The notes below the pieces were generated by a model. The model saw only the letters and a program-made list of their open reading frames with translations. It did no database searches and was not told the origin of the DNA. From Dipteris shenzhenensis (taxonomy: Eukaryota), in the NCBI GenBank assembly GCA_047967505.1, contig CM106538.1: DNA of 64,000 bases. One strand, 5' to 3'. How positions within the stretch are numbered: position 1 is the first letter of the stretch; every line of letters begins with the position of its first letter. Positions 25,982 through 40,089 of this stretch are shown one piece after another. Made by a program: the position numbers and the translations under genes.

Positions 25982-26805
25982 CTGTCAACCACTGTCTTTG
26001 TAAGTGTACGTACCTGCAAGAAAACCTATCCCCAGGCACAAGTCTACCACCCCTATAGCGGTGGGCTATGCCAATCCTTGTAGTAAAATGAATAAGAAAA
26101 ACAAGTGTAGTATAGAGAAGCAAGGCACATGTATTTCTTTTTCAACTATAAGTGGCAACCAATCTCTTGAGAACCTTCAAGAGGTCTTCTTCCCTCAGCA
26201 TCCAAGCTTTGATAGATAGTCTTCAACAGACTTGAGCAGATGCAACTTTCATAGCTTCGAATGGCAGATTTCTTCACATGAATTTTAAAACAACGATTTG
26301 GGGATGTAAATGATCGAATTCAGCCAAAAAACAGTAGACCCAAGTCCATCGGACCTGAAATTACTCAGAGCGGTGAAATTTTATAATATAGAGTATTCAT
26401 TTGTAAAATTTCGATGTCGTGACCAAAAATTGCATGTAGAAGGGAGGACAAGCCAGAAATTCTTCAACACAGGCTTAGCACGTCTCTCTTATCCTAAAAA
26501 ACGAGCAGGGTTCTTCCTCAACACACCACTCTACCATAGCAGCTCACCCATAAGCATTGAAGTGCTCTGATACAATGTCAAAGAAGATAGCATAGTGGAA
26601 GCAGGAACACCCAGGTATGAGGAAGAACACCAGGAGGGCAAGCAGCCTCCAACACACAATCTATTCCATACTAGAAGGAAAAAGACAGTACATCCACCAA
26701 GTGAACACACTAAAAAGAACTAAAACCACAAGATAAGACCTAATTGGACTCATAAGAACTAACCATGGGTATGAACCATGGTCTGACTACTACTAACTCC
26801 TAACA
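25982..26805 (-). mobile_element. Fragment of another LTR element (LTR ~26576-26805, degenerate Met PBS)
   Basis: GCTCTGATACAA abuts TGTCAAAG...CCTAACA on the plus strand. Confidence 0.55.
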
Positions 26806-26979
26806 CACCAATCATAGTGCCGATGGGCATATCCAACTATCCGTAACATATCTGTGGGATAGCATACCTGAGCTTGTCTTCCAACAGCAGCCACTGTTTT
26901 GCTGCCGCGGCTGGCCAATCACTCACACTTCATTGCTACACACCTTTTCTTATTTTTCTAAAACCTAAACCTTGTTATC

Positions 26980-27983
26980 ATGGTGAATATAATGGAAGGC
27001 AACCACGAGGGAGCTTCTTCTAGAGCTCTTGAGGTCTTTCATTTTGTCAGTGAAGATGTGCCACATAACCCCTTCAGTAATGTTGGAAATCGACAGAAGT
27101 GTCGTCGAGATGCTAATGATGCCATTGCAAGTACCCCGACTACTTTCTTAGAAGCTATCAACCTACCTTCACATTGCTTGGATTTTCTTAGCAAGTCCAT
27201 TGAACTAGACAGGGCTAAGAGGTTTTGCAAAAGGCTCGAAGAATAGAAGCAGGAAGGTGCAGTTCTCAACAGTCTGAAGTTGAAACCACCATGACTCTCA
27301 GTGCCAGACGATGCAACCTAGCAGACTGCGATGTAGCAGTCTTTGACAACGCTATGCAATGAGTATAGAATGAAATGCCATGATGCGCTTATTGAAGCCC
27401 AAAAACTCACAATCTCTAGTTTAGAGAAAAAGCTCATGGACTACCCTCAGACTTTTGAAGCTAGCCTTCATGAAATTTTGGCTTTGATGACTGATCTCAA
27501 CCTACTTGACACACCACAAATCCTTTGGGAAAACGCTACCAAGGAATGGCACAATCAGTCGGTTTGAGATTTTAGAAATGCCATCAACAATTTTAGGATT
27601 ACCAGCCTTCTCAACAGTAAGATCAAATAGAATGCCTTTGCCGAGTGTAGAGAGGCACAGGATCAAGCAATGGGAGAAGCTGAAAACTTGCCTAGACGGG
27701 AATCTATTGCCAAGTTGGTGAGGCAACAAGTTCAAAAGCAAGTGCAGGCATAAGTCAAACAAATGCAGAAATCTATAGTAGAGAGTACAGGCAAGGGAAA
27801 CCAGAAAAAGAATCCCCAAGCCCATGGAAAACCAAAAAACCAAGGAAATGGACAAAACAGAAAGGGAAACGGTCAAAGAAACGGCCAGGGTAATCGTTCT
27901 CAAACCCAAAAGGGAAATCGGCAAGGGAACTAGTAGGGAAACCGGCAGGGAAACTCGCAACCAAGGAAACCGACAAGGAAACT
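26980..27983 (+). pseudogene. Decayed ORF (~330 codons, several stops) with basic G/N/Q-rich end; possibly a retroelement N-terminal region
   Basis: One reading frame joins ORFs 26980-27246 and 27343-27567 and continues until it is cut by an LTR at 27984. Confidence 0.4.
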
Positions 27984-28148
27984 TGTTGAGATATCGACCT
28001 CCACTTGTGATATGCCAGGGTGACCGTTGTCCATTTATGTCACCGACTTGTTAGCTGCAGATGCGGTTGGTACACCGCCCATGAATAATAGTTGGATGAC
28101 AGCTATCTTTATGTACTCTAGTTAGTGGCTCAGTTAGTATGCCACCTT
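27984..28148 (+). repeat. Partial copia D-family LTR
   Basis: TGTTGAGATATCGA... matches the first ~165 bp of 28958-29304. Confidence 0.8.
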
Positions 28149-28957
28149 GCGTGGCCCTTTTGCTCGAAGGCAGCTAGAACATAGGACTCCACAAGGGAGG
28201 AAAGGATCTCCTATCTACTCCTTTTGCCCGTATTGTGGGACAGCAGGAGGGACGGACTCCTATCGCAAGCAAACGCTACTCTCAACTCTTATGAAGCCCT
28301 AAGTGCCCCTTTTGCCCGAAGGCAGCTAGAACACAAAGACTCCACAAGGGAAGAGAGGATCTTCTATAAGATCATACACACACAAATAAAACACATAAAC
28401 AAACACACAAGAGAGACAAAAATGCTTGTTTTATTACAAGAGAGGTGCTTGCTCCAAACTAGTTTTACTTGATCTCTCAAGCTCTTTAGTGGAGCACCTC
28501 TTAAAATGTGATACAAGAATGAGAGTCTCTCTCTTTATATAGAAGTGGGGAGGGCTGCACCATTGAAGGTGCCATCTGGTGCAAAATGATGCTGAGAACT
28601 AGTAAAATCTTTTTGCTAAAAAATCCGACGACGCCCGTCCGGACGTTCTAGACGCCTCATAAGGTGTGTGCTGCTCCCGATTAGCGATTTGACTAAAAAT
28701 GGCCATAACTGACTCAAAATGAACCCGATGAAGAAGCCGTCTATTGCGAAAAGAAGCTGAGAACCAGAATTATCTCTTTACTAAAAAATATTTGATGGTA
28801 ACTTGGATATCCCAAGCATCATGTGGGGCCCACATTGCTATTGAGTCGTGATTTGACCAAAGAAGATCACAAATTCCGTGGATTTCTCCAGCAAATGAGA
28901 GGACGAGGTAGATGCTTTAGCTCAGGATGATTTTGGCAAAGCCAATGAAGCTTAGGG

Positions 28958-31900
28958 TGTTGAGATGTCGAGCTCCAATCGTGATATGCCAGGGTGACCG
29001 TTGTGCGGTTATGTCACCGACTTGTTAGCTGCAGATGCGGTTGGTACACCGCCCATGAATAATAGCTGGATGACAGCTATCTTTATGTACTCTAATTAGT
29101 GGCTGAGTTAGTATGCCACCTTAGTTAGCTGAGTTTGGTTTGAGACCCACATGTAGGGTTCACCTATTCTTTTGTAGAGTTCTTTTGGCTTACACAACTA
29201 AGAAGAGGAAAACTATTTTTAGCCTCCACCTGTGTGTATATTTCCCCATTGTGTGTGAGAAAGCTGCAAGTGAGACTCCTTCCTTCTCACCCACTCTCTT
29301 CACATGGTATCGGATCGGTTTATGGTAAGGAGCTCAAGAAAACAAACCAACTTCGCGGTGTCCTCATAAGAGGATCAGTGTTGCTTTCCTTTTTTTCGAG
29401 TTTGGGAGCAAATCTATGCAGGTAGCACAGCCAGAAAGTGCAAGAGTGCACTATCTCAGATTGGTATGCCCTTCGCGGTGTGGTGAAAGGGAAATATATG
29501 CTACGGGAGTGGGCAAAGCCCTTGGTGAAATGATTTTTTTAATTTGAGGCCATTTTGAGGCCCGTTTTGGTGGCGGAAGTTTTCCACAAGCACTCAGGAA
29601 AGTGCCTTGTTTTTGCTGTGCGACCATTGTTCTGCAGGTCGGTGAAAAGTTATTATAGAAATTACATGGTATGCCTGTGCGTAGAGATATTAGGAGTGAC
29701 AAAATCATTCTTATTGCCTGTTGATGCATAATTGTCGCTAGGAAGTGAATGTGTGGTCAAATACCACTCGTCAATTTTGTAGATTTGCCCTTGTGAGGCA
29801 AAAGTTGTGTTTTTTTGCAATGACAGAATATTTTGCAGTGTTCTGTAATGGCATCTGATGCTCTTTCACAGATTGTCACTGAAAAGCTTGACAAGAACAA
29901 CTTCCAAGCATGGAAGTTTAGAATGATGAATTTCCTTAACAGAAAAGGCTATTGGGAGTTCATTACTAGAGCTGAACAAGAACCAATTATTCCTAATGTT
30001 CCCAATCAACAAGAGTTGCAGGCATTTAAAGGCTCGCATGAGAGAGCCAAAAAAGTTATGTACTAGCTGTCTATCAGTATTTTAGATTGTATGATTGTGC
30101 ATATTCAGGATGCAAGCATGCCAAAGGAGGCATGGGATACTTTACAAAAATGTATAGCACAAATACGCAACCTAAGAAAATGCAGCTCAAGTAGGAGTTG
30201 CATAATGTGCAGAGAGAAAATATGAGCATCAATGACTACCACATGAAGGTGAAGAAGACTACAGATGCACCTACTTCTATTGGGTTGCCAGAAAAGTTTA
30301 CTGGCTGTCTATCAGTATTTCAGATTCTATGATTGTGCATATTCAGGATGCAAGCACGCCGAAGGAGGCGTGGGATACTTTGACAAACATTTATAGCACA
30401 AATACGCAAGCTAGGAAAATGCAGATCAAGCAGGAGTTGCATAATGTGCAGAGAGGAAATATGAGCATCAATGACTACCACATGAAGGTGAAGAAGATTG
30501 CAGATGCACTTGCTTCTATTGGGTCACCAATGCAAGATGATGATTTAGTTTCTATGACCTTGAATGCTCTAGGAAAGGATTATGCACAGTTCCGAACATC
30601 CATAACCGTGCGTGAGAATTTTCCTGATTTTGAGGAGTTGATTGCTCTTCTAACTTCAGAAAAGCAGAGAAATGGTGGTGCATCTTCTTCAGAAGGAACG
30701 TCAAAAGAAGGTGTCTTCTACTCAAATGCTGGAAGAGGCAGAGACAGAGGTAGAGCAGGCCGATTTGGAGGCCGTGGTAGAAATCAACATATGCAGCAAA
30801 TTCAAGAAAACCAGTCCTATGGAGGAGTACATGGTAACTTTAGAGGCAGGGGGAGCCAAAGAGGTTGTGGTGGATGGCAGAGAGGCCAAAATGCAAACAA
30901 CAATGTTGAATGCTACTTTTGTGGTAAAATGGGTCATATGGTTAAAGACTACAATAAAAAGTAGCATGACATCATGACTGAAAAATTGCAGCAAGGCAAT
31001 TATGCATCCTCTAGTAGACAGGGTGATGACAGTAATGAGCATCTGTTTATGGTGCAGCACATGACCAATTCTATGACAAGTGTAGAAGAAAGCAATGATG
31101 TGTGGTATGTTGACTCGGGTGCGTCAAACCACATGATAGGTCATGCAGAATGGATGCAAGGAAAATGGAAAGACTAGGATTTGTGGAGACCGGTGATGAT
31201 ACTGCACATCATATTGTGCAAAGTGGTAAAATTCCTTTGTCTATGCAGGATGGAAAAAAGAAATACCTGTCTGATGTATTTCATGTCTCGAATATCACCA
31301 AGAACCTGGTTTCTATTGGTCAAATGGTTGAGCAGGGTTTGCAGGTCAGATTTAATCCTCATGGATGCTTTGTTGAGGATATGAAAAATAAAGATCGCTT
31401 GATAGCAAAAGGGAAGAAGAAGGGCAGGATGTTTACGTTAGATGCGGATATGCGTGAATTGAGTGTGATAATGTTTGCACATGGGACTAGTGTAGTTGCA
31501 GATATTGATATCTGGCATAAACGCATTGGTCATGTTAATGTACAGCGACTTAAATTAATGCAAGCCCAAAATATTGTTGTAGGATTGCCTAAGTTTAAGG
31601 TTGCAGAAATACATAAGGTATGTGAAGCCTGTCAATTTGGAAAACAGGCAAGGAAACCATTTCCTAGACATGTTCAAGAGAGTAAGAGGCCATTGGAATT
31701 AATCCACTCTGATGTGTGGACTACTAAAGCTGCATCTATTGGAGGCTGTCATTATTTTGTCACTTTTATTGATGACTACAGTTGAAAAGTTTGGGTATAT
31801 TTTATGAAAAGAAAAGTGAAGTGTTTGGGCATTTCAAAGCTTTTAAAGATATGGTTGAAAAAGAAACAGGCTTGCAAATAAAATGCCTAAGGTCAAATGG

Positions 31901-32100
31901 AGGGGGAGAGTACCTCTCAAATGAGTTTGCAAGTTCCTACAGGAGCATGGCATAAAGCAACAATATTCACGCAGTCATACCCCACAGCAAAATGGAATTG
32001 CAGAGGAAAAACAGGCATATTGGAGAGGTATCTCGTGCCATGCTCAACAAAAAAGACCTGCCAGATTGTTATTGGGCTAAAGCAGTTGCTACAGTAGTCT
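28958..32100 (+). mobile_element. Ty1/copia element D, 3'-truncated within integrase
   Basis: LTR 28958-29304, PBS TGGTATCGG at 29305, gag from about 29848 (EKLDKNNFQAWKF, CYFCGKMGH), protease (WYVDSGAS), integrase (HSDVW, FIDDYS). A ~238-bp duplication lies in gag. Confidence 0.92.
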
Positions 32101-32104
32101 ACAA

Positions 32105-32520
32105 AAGCTCTAAGGTTGCTTTTAGGGGATCAACTTTGCATGCCTAAAATGCATGGAGGGCTGAATATTCTCAACACTCACACTCATATAAAGGAAAAAG
32201 GATGCTATAGTTCATGCAAGGTGATTAGCCTTGGATTTTTAGGTTGTGACATTTGATCTCATTCTTGTCTACTCAAACTTTTGGTCATTGGAAACCCACT
32301 CATTAGGACTTGTTACTAGGTCACATTGATGGTATTTAAAGGTTTCCCCTATGTTTTGTGTATGCTTTCTGATTGGAAGCATATTCTTGCGCACCTTAAA
32401 TATGGAAGCGAAGGGACATTTGTGCTAAGAGTCTATATTGGGCAAAGGCTTTCATGCCTGTTATGGGAATTGGAATTATCCCATTAATTTAATCCTTCAG
32501 TATTTAGTTGAGCGAGATCT
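32105..32520 (+). mobile_element. L1-type LINE ORF2 fragment
   Basis: KVA...DQLCMPKMHGGLNILN resembles the plant L1 post-RT 'W..VC.PK..GGLG' motif. Confidence 0.5.
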
Positions 32521-33450
32521 AATGTCTTTGTCATGCGTCTAATACAATGTGTCCTCATTGTTTGTATGAGTGTGTAGCATCGTGTGCACCACCTATGCGA
32601 TGAGTGTGCACCACCTATGCACTTATGCGATGACAATATGTGTACCATCTGTACGATTTATGCATGCGTGGCATGAGGTGCACCATGTGATGGCATGTGT
32701 TGCATGTGTGCACCATTCATATGTGATTTGTTGATTTTGCATCGCTTAAATACTGAAAGATTGAATAATTGTAGTGATGAATTTCAAGGTTATTTATGCT
32801 TGAAATTATTATGAATTCAAGGGAAGAGTAATTGATTGGGCAATGGCAATTGGCGAGCATGATTAGCCATTTTTTTGGCGAGTAGGCACGATCAATGATG
32901 CGGGGATGAACTAGGCTAAGCATAATTTTTTATATTACAAATGCTCATGTACATAGTTCAATTTCTAAACATTAGAGGCTTAGCCTAAGAATATTAACTA
33001 TAGTAGGAAAAGACAACTATTTTAGATGTGACTTGTAGGGCTATTTCCCAATTCGAGATGTACATGAAGCTTCTATATATATATATATATATATATATGA
33101 TTTCAGAGAGAGAGAGAGAGAGGTTTTGTATTATATAATGGTCTCCCGTGACCTTAACCAATTTGTGCAAGACTTGAGGGTTCCCAAAGTGACTATAAGG
33201 CACCACAAATCATGAAGGAAGTATTGAAACATAGGCCTATCAATCACAAGGACTAGGGGACATCAATCCTATACTGGATGGCAGAGCACTCGACAATTTA
33301 GGAAATCATAATCATCTCTTCTTCAAGGAAACATAAAATCATAAGCTCAAGTGCACCCATGTCCAAAGTATAAGAACACATCTCCCAAGGATTATATATA
33401 TATATATATGTGTGTGTGTGTTTATTTATTTGTTTATTTATATATAAAGT

Positions 33451-33491
<41 letters not shown>

Positions 33492-34196
33492 TATTATATA
33501 ATGGTCTCCCCATGAGTTTAACCAATTGGTGCAACACTTGAGGATTCTTAAAGTCACTGCAAATTGCAAAGGAAGTATTCAAACATAGGCCTATCATAAG
33601 CTCAACTGCAAAGTATAGGAAACACATCTCCTAACGTGTTCCCATAGCACCCAAAGGGGATGAGCAAATATCAACAAAAAATGTGTAATGAGGTGCCCAT
33701 TCTTGGGATTAAAAATATTTGAGATTCACTATTTGCAAGATGTCGAGTAGCCTTATGGCCACATTATATGCAAGGGAATACTCTTGAGTAATTTGATGTG
33801 TTTGTGTACATATGTAAGTACTTTACATGAAAATACCACATGAAACACACATGCATATAACACACACACACACACACACACACGTATGTGTGCATGTGTG
33901 TAAGTATAAACTTTTAGAAATAGAAACAAGTGTTTATCCACTTCTTCAATAATCATTGTTGCTTAAGGAAATTACTCTATTGATGATTATGATTCTTGAT
34001 CATAATTTGAGGTATATCAATGAGAGTGCTCCTTTGTGTGGGACAATGGTACATTGAGGTGTACAAAAGGACGTGCATTTATGGGTGGGGAGACCTCTCA
34101 CCCATGGTCTAGACCCATGGTCCTCACTCCTAGTCATTGATTTAGTCTTCAATCCAAGGGTCACATTCAAATTTATGGTAGATCACTCCCAGCCAC

Positions 34197-34410
34197 TAGA
34201 TCAAGGGGTAGATCCAAGGGAGGGGATGAGAGGAAAGTGTTTTTCAATCTAGTCCATAGATCAAGGGGTGGATCCAAGGGAGGGGATGAGAGAAAAAAGT
34301 GCTTCAATCTAAGCCATAGATCAAGGGATGGATTCAAGGGAGGGGATGGATGCAAAAGACGCTTCAATATGGGCCATAGATCAAGCATGGATCCAAGGAA
34401 GGAGGTGAGA
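34197..34410. repeat. 60-bp tandem repeat, about 3.5 copies
   Basis: TAGATCAAG...GGATCCAAGG recurs at 34197, 34257, 34317 and 34377. Confidence 0.85.
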
Positions 34411-35518
34411 GAAAATGGCACTTCAATCCGAGCCATCCAATATGGTGCTTCAATCCGGCCCATTCATCTTCATCTAGTGATCTCCACCCTCCATGAAGCA
34501 CCTCAACACTAGCCTTTCATGAAGCGCCTCCATCTCCACCATAGATCTTGAATAGATCTAGTGGCCTATAATGAAGCACCTTATCCCTCTTTATTAGGCC
34601 TTCCCCTTGTCAGAGTCCTACCCGGTCTTATGTTTTAGAGGCCGATGCGAGTGATTTTGCGATTGGGGCAGTTTTATTCCAAGAGGCACTAAAGTCAACC
34701 TTGGCCCCATCCAAGGCATCCTAGCCTTTGATCCATCCTCCATCCAAGGGCCAAGATGACCCATGCCAGCTTTGTAAATGCCAAGGGTCCCTTATACCAT
34801 TGGGTTACCATAGTAGGTCAATTTTTCTTTAACTTAATCTCTTCCTTAATATATCCCTTATGAGGCCCTTTTGAGACCTCAAACCTCCCCTCATGCTTGC
34901 CTTTCCTTGTATTCCATATCTTTGCAGGTTCTCAACATCACCACTACCGCCACCCACTATACACAAGAACTTGGGTTTCCATTGCTCTCTACATCACCGT
35001 AGTTTTGCAATGGAATATGCCGCTTATAGCAAGAAGGAGCTGCCTCAGCATCTTCAAAACCTACATGCACAATTTTATGACCTCTTCAAAGTGGGTGATG
35101 GCTGTCACCCCACTAAATACCTCGATGCTACTTGCACTGGACAAATCGATAATATTTTGAAGATGAAGGGAAGACAAAATGGCATATTTTGCTAAATTCA
35201 ATTCTAGTAATGGAGAATTGGCTCAGAGAAAAGCCAACAAGACCATTGGCAACCCCCCCCCCTCGAGAGCATAGGCTTAGCAGGTTAAGTCGGTAGCCCA
35301 AGAACAGGGCCTTCAAGCCAATGAGACCAAGCTGGCTGACTTGGACAAATAGCTCGACACACCACAAATTAAAGCCACCTAAGCTGAAGGGATTGGATAT
35401 GACAAATGATGTATGTAGCCTATGCTATCGCATGGGCATAAATGATTTGGCTAGTGTTGTTTGTCGAATGGCCACCCATTCAATGTAAGCCAACAAGCTT
35501 TGTTTTGATATATGAATG

Positions 35519-35524
35519 CTCTCT

Positions 35525-35572
<48 letters not shown>
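35519..35572. repeat. (CT)n(CA)n compound microsatellite
   Basis: Seen directly. Confidence 0.95.
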
Positions 35573-35573
<1 letters not shown>

Positions 35574-35938
35574 TGAATACTTTCCCAAATATGAATTATT
35601 TTTTTATGTATCCCATGAAATCTTCCCTTTACACTTTATTTTTAACCACCCCACATACCAAGCTCGTTAATCGTCCCATACCTCCTCTAATCCCTTCTCA
35701 TGCACTCATTCGCTCCTTACTCCACTTCACTTGTGGCTAAATTGTTTTTTTTCAATTACCTAAGAATCCATATGGTTGTCTATATTCCTAGGTAAAGTGA
35801 TAACAAGCCAGGGAAAATAGGCATTACCTATCTACCCAAATGTAACTATGATGTTCTAACACCTAGTTTGTTTGGATGGTGCTAGGTAAGTGGACCTTGA
35901 GAGGATTTGACATCTTTTTTCAATATTATGTTTGTCAA

Positions 35939-36042
35939 ACACACACACACACACACACACACGCACGCACACACACACACACACACGCATGCACATACAT
36001 ACACGCACGCACACACGCATGCGCGCACACACACACACACAC

Positions 36043-36077
<35 letters not shown>
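35939..36077. repeat. Interrupted (CA)n microsatellite
   Basis: Seen directly. Confidence 0.95.
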
Positions 36078-36081
<4 letters not shown>

Positions 36082-36989
36082 CATTCCCATGTGAGATTTG
36101 TGCAAAATGGCACCAGTGCTGATCTACATGTGAGATTGGGACTTTTCTAATTTCAAACTAATTTTAAGATGTGAGCCTGGGACTTTTCTAATTCAAAAGT
36201 CAAACTAAGATTTGAAGTTTGGAAATATTTTCAAACTCACATGGAGATTGGCACTAGTTAGTTAATAAGCCAAAAATATTTCCATGTGAGTTTGATTCAT
36301 CGAAAGTCAGTGAGTGGAAATATTTTCAAACTCATCAACCAAAAATATTTTCAAACTCGTGTCATGCATGGTCAAGATCTCATTTTCCTTTGTTTTTCAC
36401 CATGCACGACACATGAGGGTCAATGAGGGTATCTAGGGTTTAGGGTTTAATTTAAAAAGTAACATTTTACTTGCAAGGTCCAAAGAAATTAGTAGTAGCA
36501 AGGCTAGATGGGTGGAAAAGAGTGAAGGATCGAAGGGAAAAGGGCCAAGGAACAAAGGACAAATGCCATAGTAGAGACACATGTACAAAGGAAACCAAGG
36601 ACAACTTGGAAAGTGAAACAAAAGGAGCAAGCCAATGGAGGGGTGTCATTATAAAATACACAATTACTTTGATAGATAGCAAGCCTTAGTGGAGACGCAT
36701 GACTACATTCCAATCAAATGGTGTATATTTACACCACTTACATGTTGAATTCAACAAGTTGTTTATTACAAAATTATATGCAATACTTGTTATATTGTTA
36801 TTATTCAAATACTAAACAAAGATTGGGATGTGAATTACACAGTGTTGTAGTTGAACTCAATTTTGGAGTATCCTAGATTCTTATTGAGTGGAGTAAACCA
36901 CTCAATAATTTTTCTTTTGTAAGAGTAATAGGCAATATTTATATGGAGGAGACCTATTTATCATGCAAATGCACCCCATTTTGGAGGTT

Positions 36990-37720
36990 GCTGCTTTGGT
37001 AGAGGAGACATGCATGTACTTGGATACATAGATTCAGACTATGCAGGGCATGTGGATAGTAGGAGATCTACTTCTAGTTATGTGTTCACCTTTGCAGGTG
37101 GTGCAGTGTTGTGGATGTGTCGCGCACAGAAGTGCATTGCTTTGTCTACCATAGAGGCTGAATATGTTGTAGCCACAGAGGGTTGCAAGGAGGCTATATG
37201 GCTTGATCGGCTAGTGGGAGATTTGGGGATTCATACAGGTGTACCGACATTGCATAGTGATTCCATGAGTGCTATTTAGCTAGCACAGAATCCGGTCTTT
37301 CATGCAAAGACAAAACACATTGAGGTCAGGTACCATTTCATCAGGGAGGTACTTGAGGACAAGCGCATAGAGCTTGTTAAGGTTCATACAGATGATAACC
37401 CTGCAAATATGCTGACGAAGAGTCTACCTAGTCAGCGGTTTGAGTATTGTCATGTATTGATGGGCATTGGATAGTATGCTCACTAGTTGTTCTCCCTTAA
37501 AGGCACATTGTCCTTTAAGTGGGAGGTTGTGGGGGTTAAAGGTCACCGTGCCTTTACCCCAGTTATGTACAATACTCAAACACATATATAAATGAATGAA
37601 AAAGAAGATTAGGGTGGTTCTGCACCCACAAAACTTGTGTGGCTCTCTGTCTCTCTCTCTCCCTCTTTCGTTCTTGCTTATGTTGAGAGCACTCTCATTG
37701 CATACCACTATTTGCATTGC
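36990..37720 (+). mobile_element. copia RNase H / 3' end remnant with PPT and probable LTR from ~37528
   Basis: GYIDSDYAGHVDSRRSTS...EAEYV...AIWL, FHAKTKHIEVRYHF; AAGTGGGAGG followed by T-TGTGG. Confidence 0.8.
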
Positions 37721-38739
37721 TTTGAGAAGATCCTCCTGATCTCAATCTGCCTGTCCATGGTGAAGTATGTGAACCACTGCTAGAGGACACTACAGGTCCA
37801 CTAATATTTTGTGATTGTTGTTGTGAATTCTATAATGCATAGCCTTTCACCCCCTCGAATGCACATCCTTCCTCGTCGTCATGAGAAAACAAAAAATGCC
37901 CAGAAATTTGGTTCGGGAAGACAACAAAAATGACTAGGTGCACCAAGCAACTCTGCTCCACCAAGTTGAGAAAGAGGGCAAAAGACCCACCACTAAGGCG
38001 GCTCTTTTGGCTCCCTCTCCTAAATCCAAAACATTATGCTCTTCTCCTTTTCTGAGATTGAAGATGCCCCTTCTAAATCTATTATCAAGCTCCATCCTTG
38101 CCATATCCATGGGAAAAAAGTCATGCGTATCTCTTTCCCCTCTTCTTCCCGTGTTTGAATCGCTGGAGCCCTTGAAGACGTACAAGATTTGACATCTGAG
38201 AAAGCTGCCTCTCCTCAGATTTTATCACCTAAGAAAGGTGAAGCTATTCATGACCTGATGTCCTCTATGAATGCTACTTACTTCCAAGATGATGCAACTC
38301 ATCAATAGAAGCGTACCATAGCGATCAATCTCCCAGCCCATCACCATCCAAATTATGACAATATTACTTCTCCTGAATGACTTCATCCAATGAACATGGT
38401 CCACCCTATCATTTGGCCTCGAGCTAAAGGTCTATTGCTTTGAGGAGATCCTCCTAATCTCAATCTGCATTGCTTTGAGGAGATCCTCCTGATCTCAATC
38501 TGCCTGTCCATGGCAAAGTATGTGAACCACTGCTAGAGGACACTACAGGTCCACAAATATTTTGTGATTACTGCTGTGAATTTTGTCCAGCATTACCATT
38601 TTGTGCATCTACATCATTAATCACATTTACTGGTTTATACTAGCTACTCATCTCATAAAAAAAAACATCTCTACTCATTGTAAACTTACGAGTAGAAGGG
38701 TTATAGCATCTATACGCTTTCTACTACAGAGAATAACCA

Positions 38740-39095
38740 ATAAAGATGCACTTCTCAGCTCTTGGATCTCAACTCATCTAGAACATGAACATAGCCAATG
38801 CAACCAAAAACTTTCAAATGAGAAATATGTGGTTTCCTACTAGTATACCTCTCCTCTGGCGTCATGCCATGTATTGCTGCAGTGGGAGTCCTATTCATTA
38901 TGAACTGCTTTAGCCCAATAATAATCTGGCAGGTCTTTTCCGTTGAGCATGGCATGAGATACCTCTCCAATATGCATGTTTTTCCTTTCTGCAAGTCCAT
39001 TTTGCTGTGGGGTATAGCTGGAAGAGGCAGTAGAAACGCCCTCAAATCTCATAGTAAACAAGACAGCTGAAGATGAAGTGCTTCTCTTTCTCAAC
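38740..39095 (-). mobile_element. copia D-family integrase fragment
   Basis: YTPQQNGLAERKN...DLPDYYWAKAV. Reverse complement of about 31975-32090. Confidence 0.8.
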
Positions 39096-39490
39096 CTCCT
39101 GCCTAAGTTGCATTAATTCGCTCGAATTTTTTTTTCGATTCAAAAAATCATGATTTTCCCGATTTAAAATGAATCTAATGAATTTTTCCTAATTTATTTG
39201 TACGAATAGGTTATTCGTACGAATAGATGATGTTATTCATATGAATAACCATAGTATAAACTTGCAACCATTGCCATTTTTGGTATTCGTATGAATACAT
39301 CCACCTGTATTACTTGCCACCTGAGCCACCTGCTTGCCTACTTGCCACCTAGGAGCTTGCCTACCTGCTACCTCCTGCTTACTTCCATACCTACTAGCTC
39401 TCGTCATAGGTATCTTACTACACCCTTACTTGTGTTATAGTCTTTCATTTATTAGTAATCAATGTTTCTTTTGTTTTGTTTTGTTTAGGA

Positions 39491-40089
39491 CTGGCACTCA
39501 TCTCTCTTAGGAGAGTTGTGTGTTGTAGTCTTTTTAAATTGTTTAATATTTATTTTGTATTGTATTTAAGTGTGTATATAGGCTGGCACTCATCTCTCTT
39601 GTGAGAGTTGTGTGTTGCAGTCTGTTTTTATTGTGTGTTGCAATTTTAATTATAATATAAATAATTATCTTTTACTTGAGGCTGCTGGCACTCATCTCTC
39701 TTAAGAGAGTTGTGTGTTGTAGTCTCAATTTGTATAAAAATGTTTGTTTGTAGGAACTCTTGGGATGGCACTCATCTCTCTTAAGAGAGTTGTGTGTTGT
39801 AGTCCACCAAGCTTAGTGATGTTTTCATAGATGCTTATTCTGAAACTCATCTCTCCCTTGAGAGTTGTGTGTTATGGTCTAAGTTTAGAGACGCTTTCAA
39901 GCACTTAGTCTGGCACTCAACGTCCCTTGATAGTTGTGTATTGCAGTCTAAGTTAGAATCATGTGACGTTGTCTTACACACTTAGTCTGGCACTTAACTA
40001 TCCCTAGATAGTTGTGTATTGCAGCCTAAGTTAGATATCATGTGCTAGTTTGGCACTCAACTGTCCCTTGATAGTTGTGTGTTGTAGTT
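39491..40089 (+). repeat. Array of eight ~40-nt stem-loop direct repeats with variable spacers (degenerate ninth at 40267-40304)
   Basis: Consensus CTGGCACTCA(T/A)CT(C/A/G)TC-NNNN-GA(G/T)AGTTGTGTGTTG(T/C)AGTC at 39491, 39583, 39685, 39765, 39840, 39910, 39987 and 40050. Spacers are 52, 62, 40, 35, 30, 38 and 23 nt. Confidence 0.93.

Noticed and set aside
34893-35460. Host gene exon
   Set aside because: Short frameshifted ORFs with no motif I can assign.
35856-36150. His/Thr- and Cys/Val-rich ORFs
   Set aside because: These are translations of the (CA)n microsatellite.
39491-40089. Bona fide CRISPR array
   Set aside because: Eukaryotic TE context, no cas genes, spacer lengths vary from 23 to 62 nt, and the last spacers share sequence. 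Reported as a stem-loop array instead.
39491-40089. Hammerhead, twister or hairpin ribozyme repeats
   Set aside because: I could not find the conserved catalytic cores (for example CUGANGA...GAAA) on either strand by eye.
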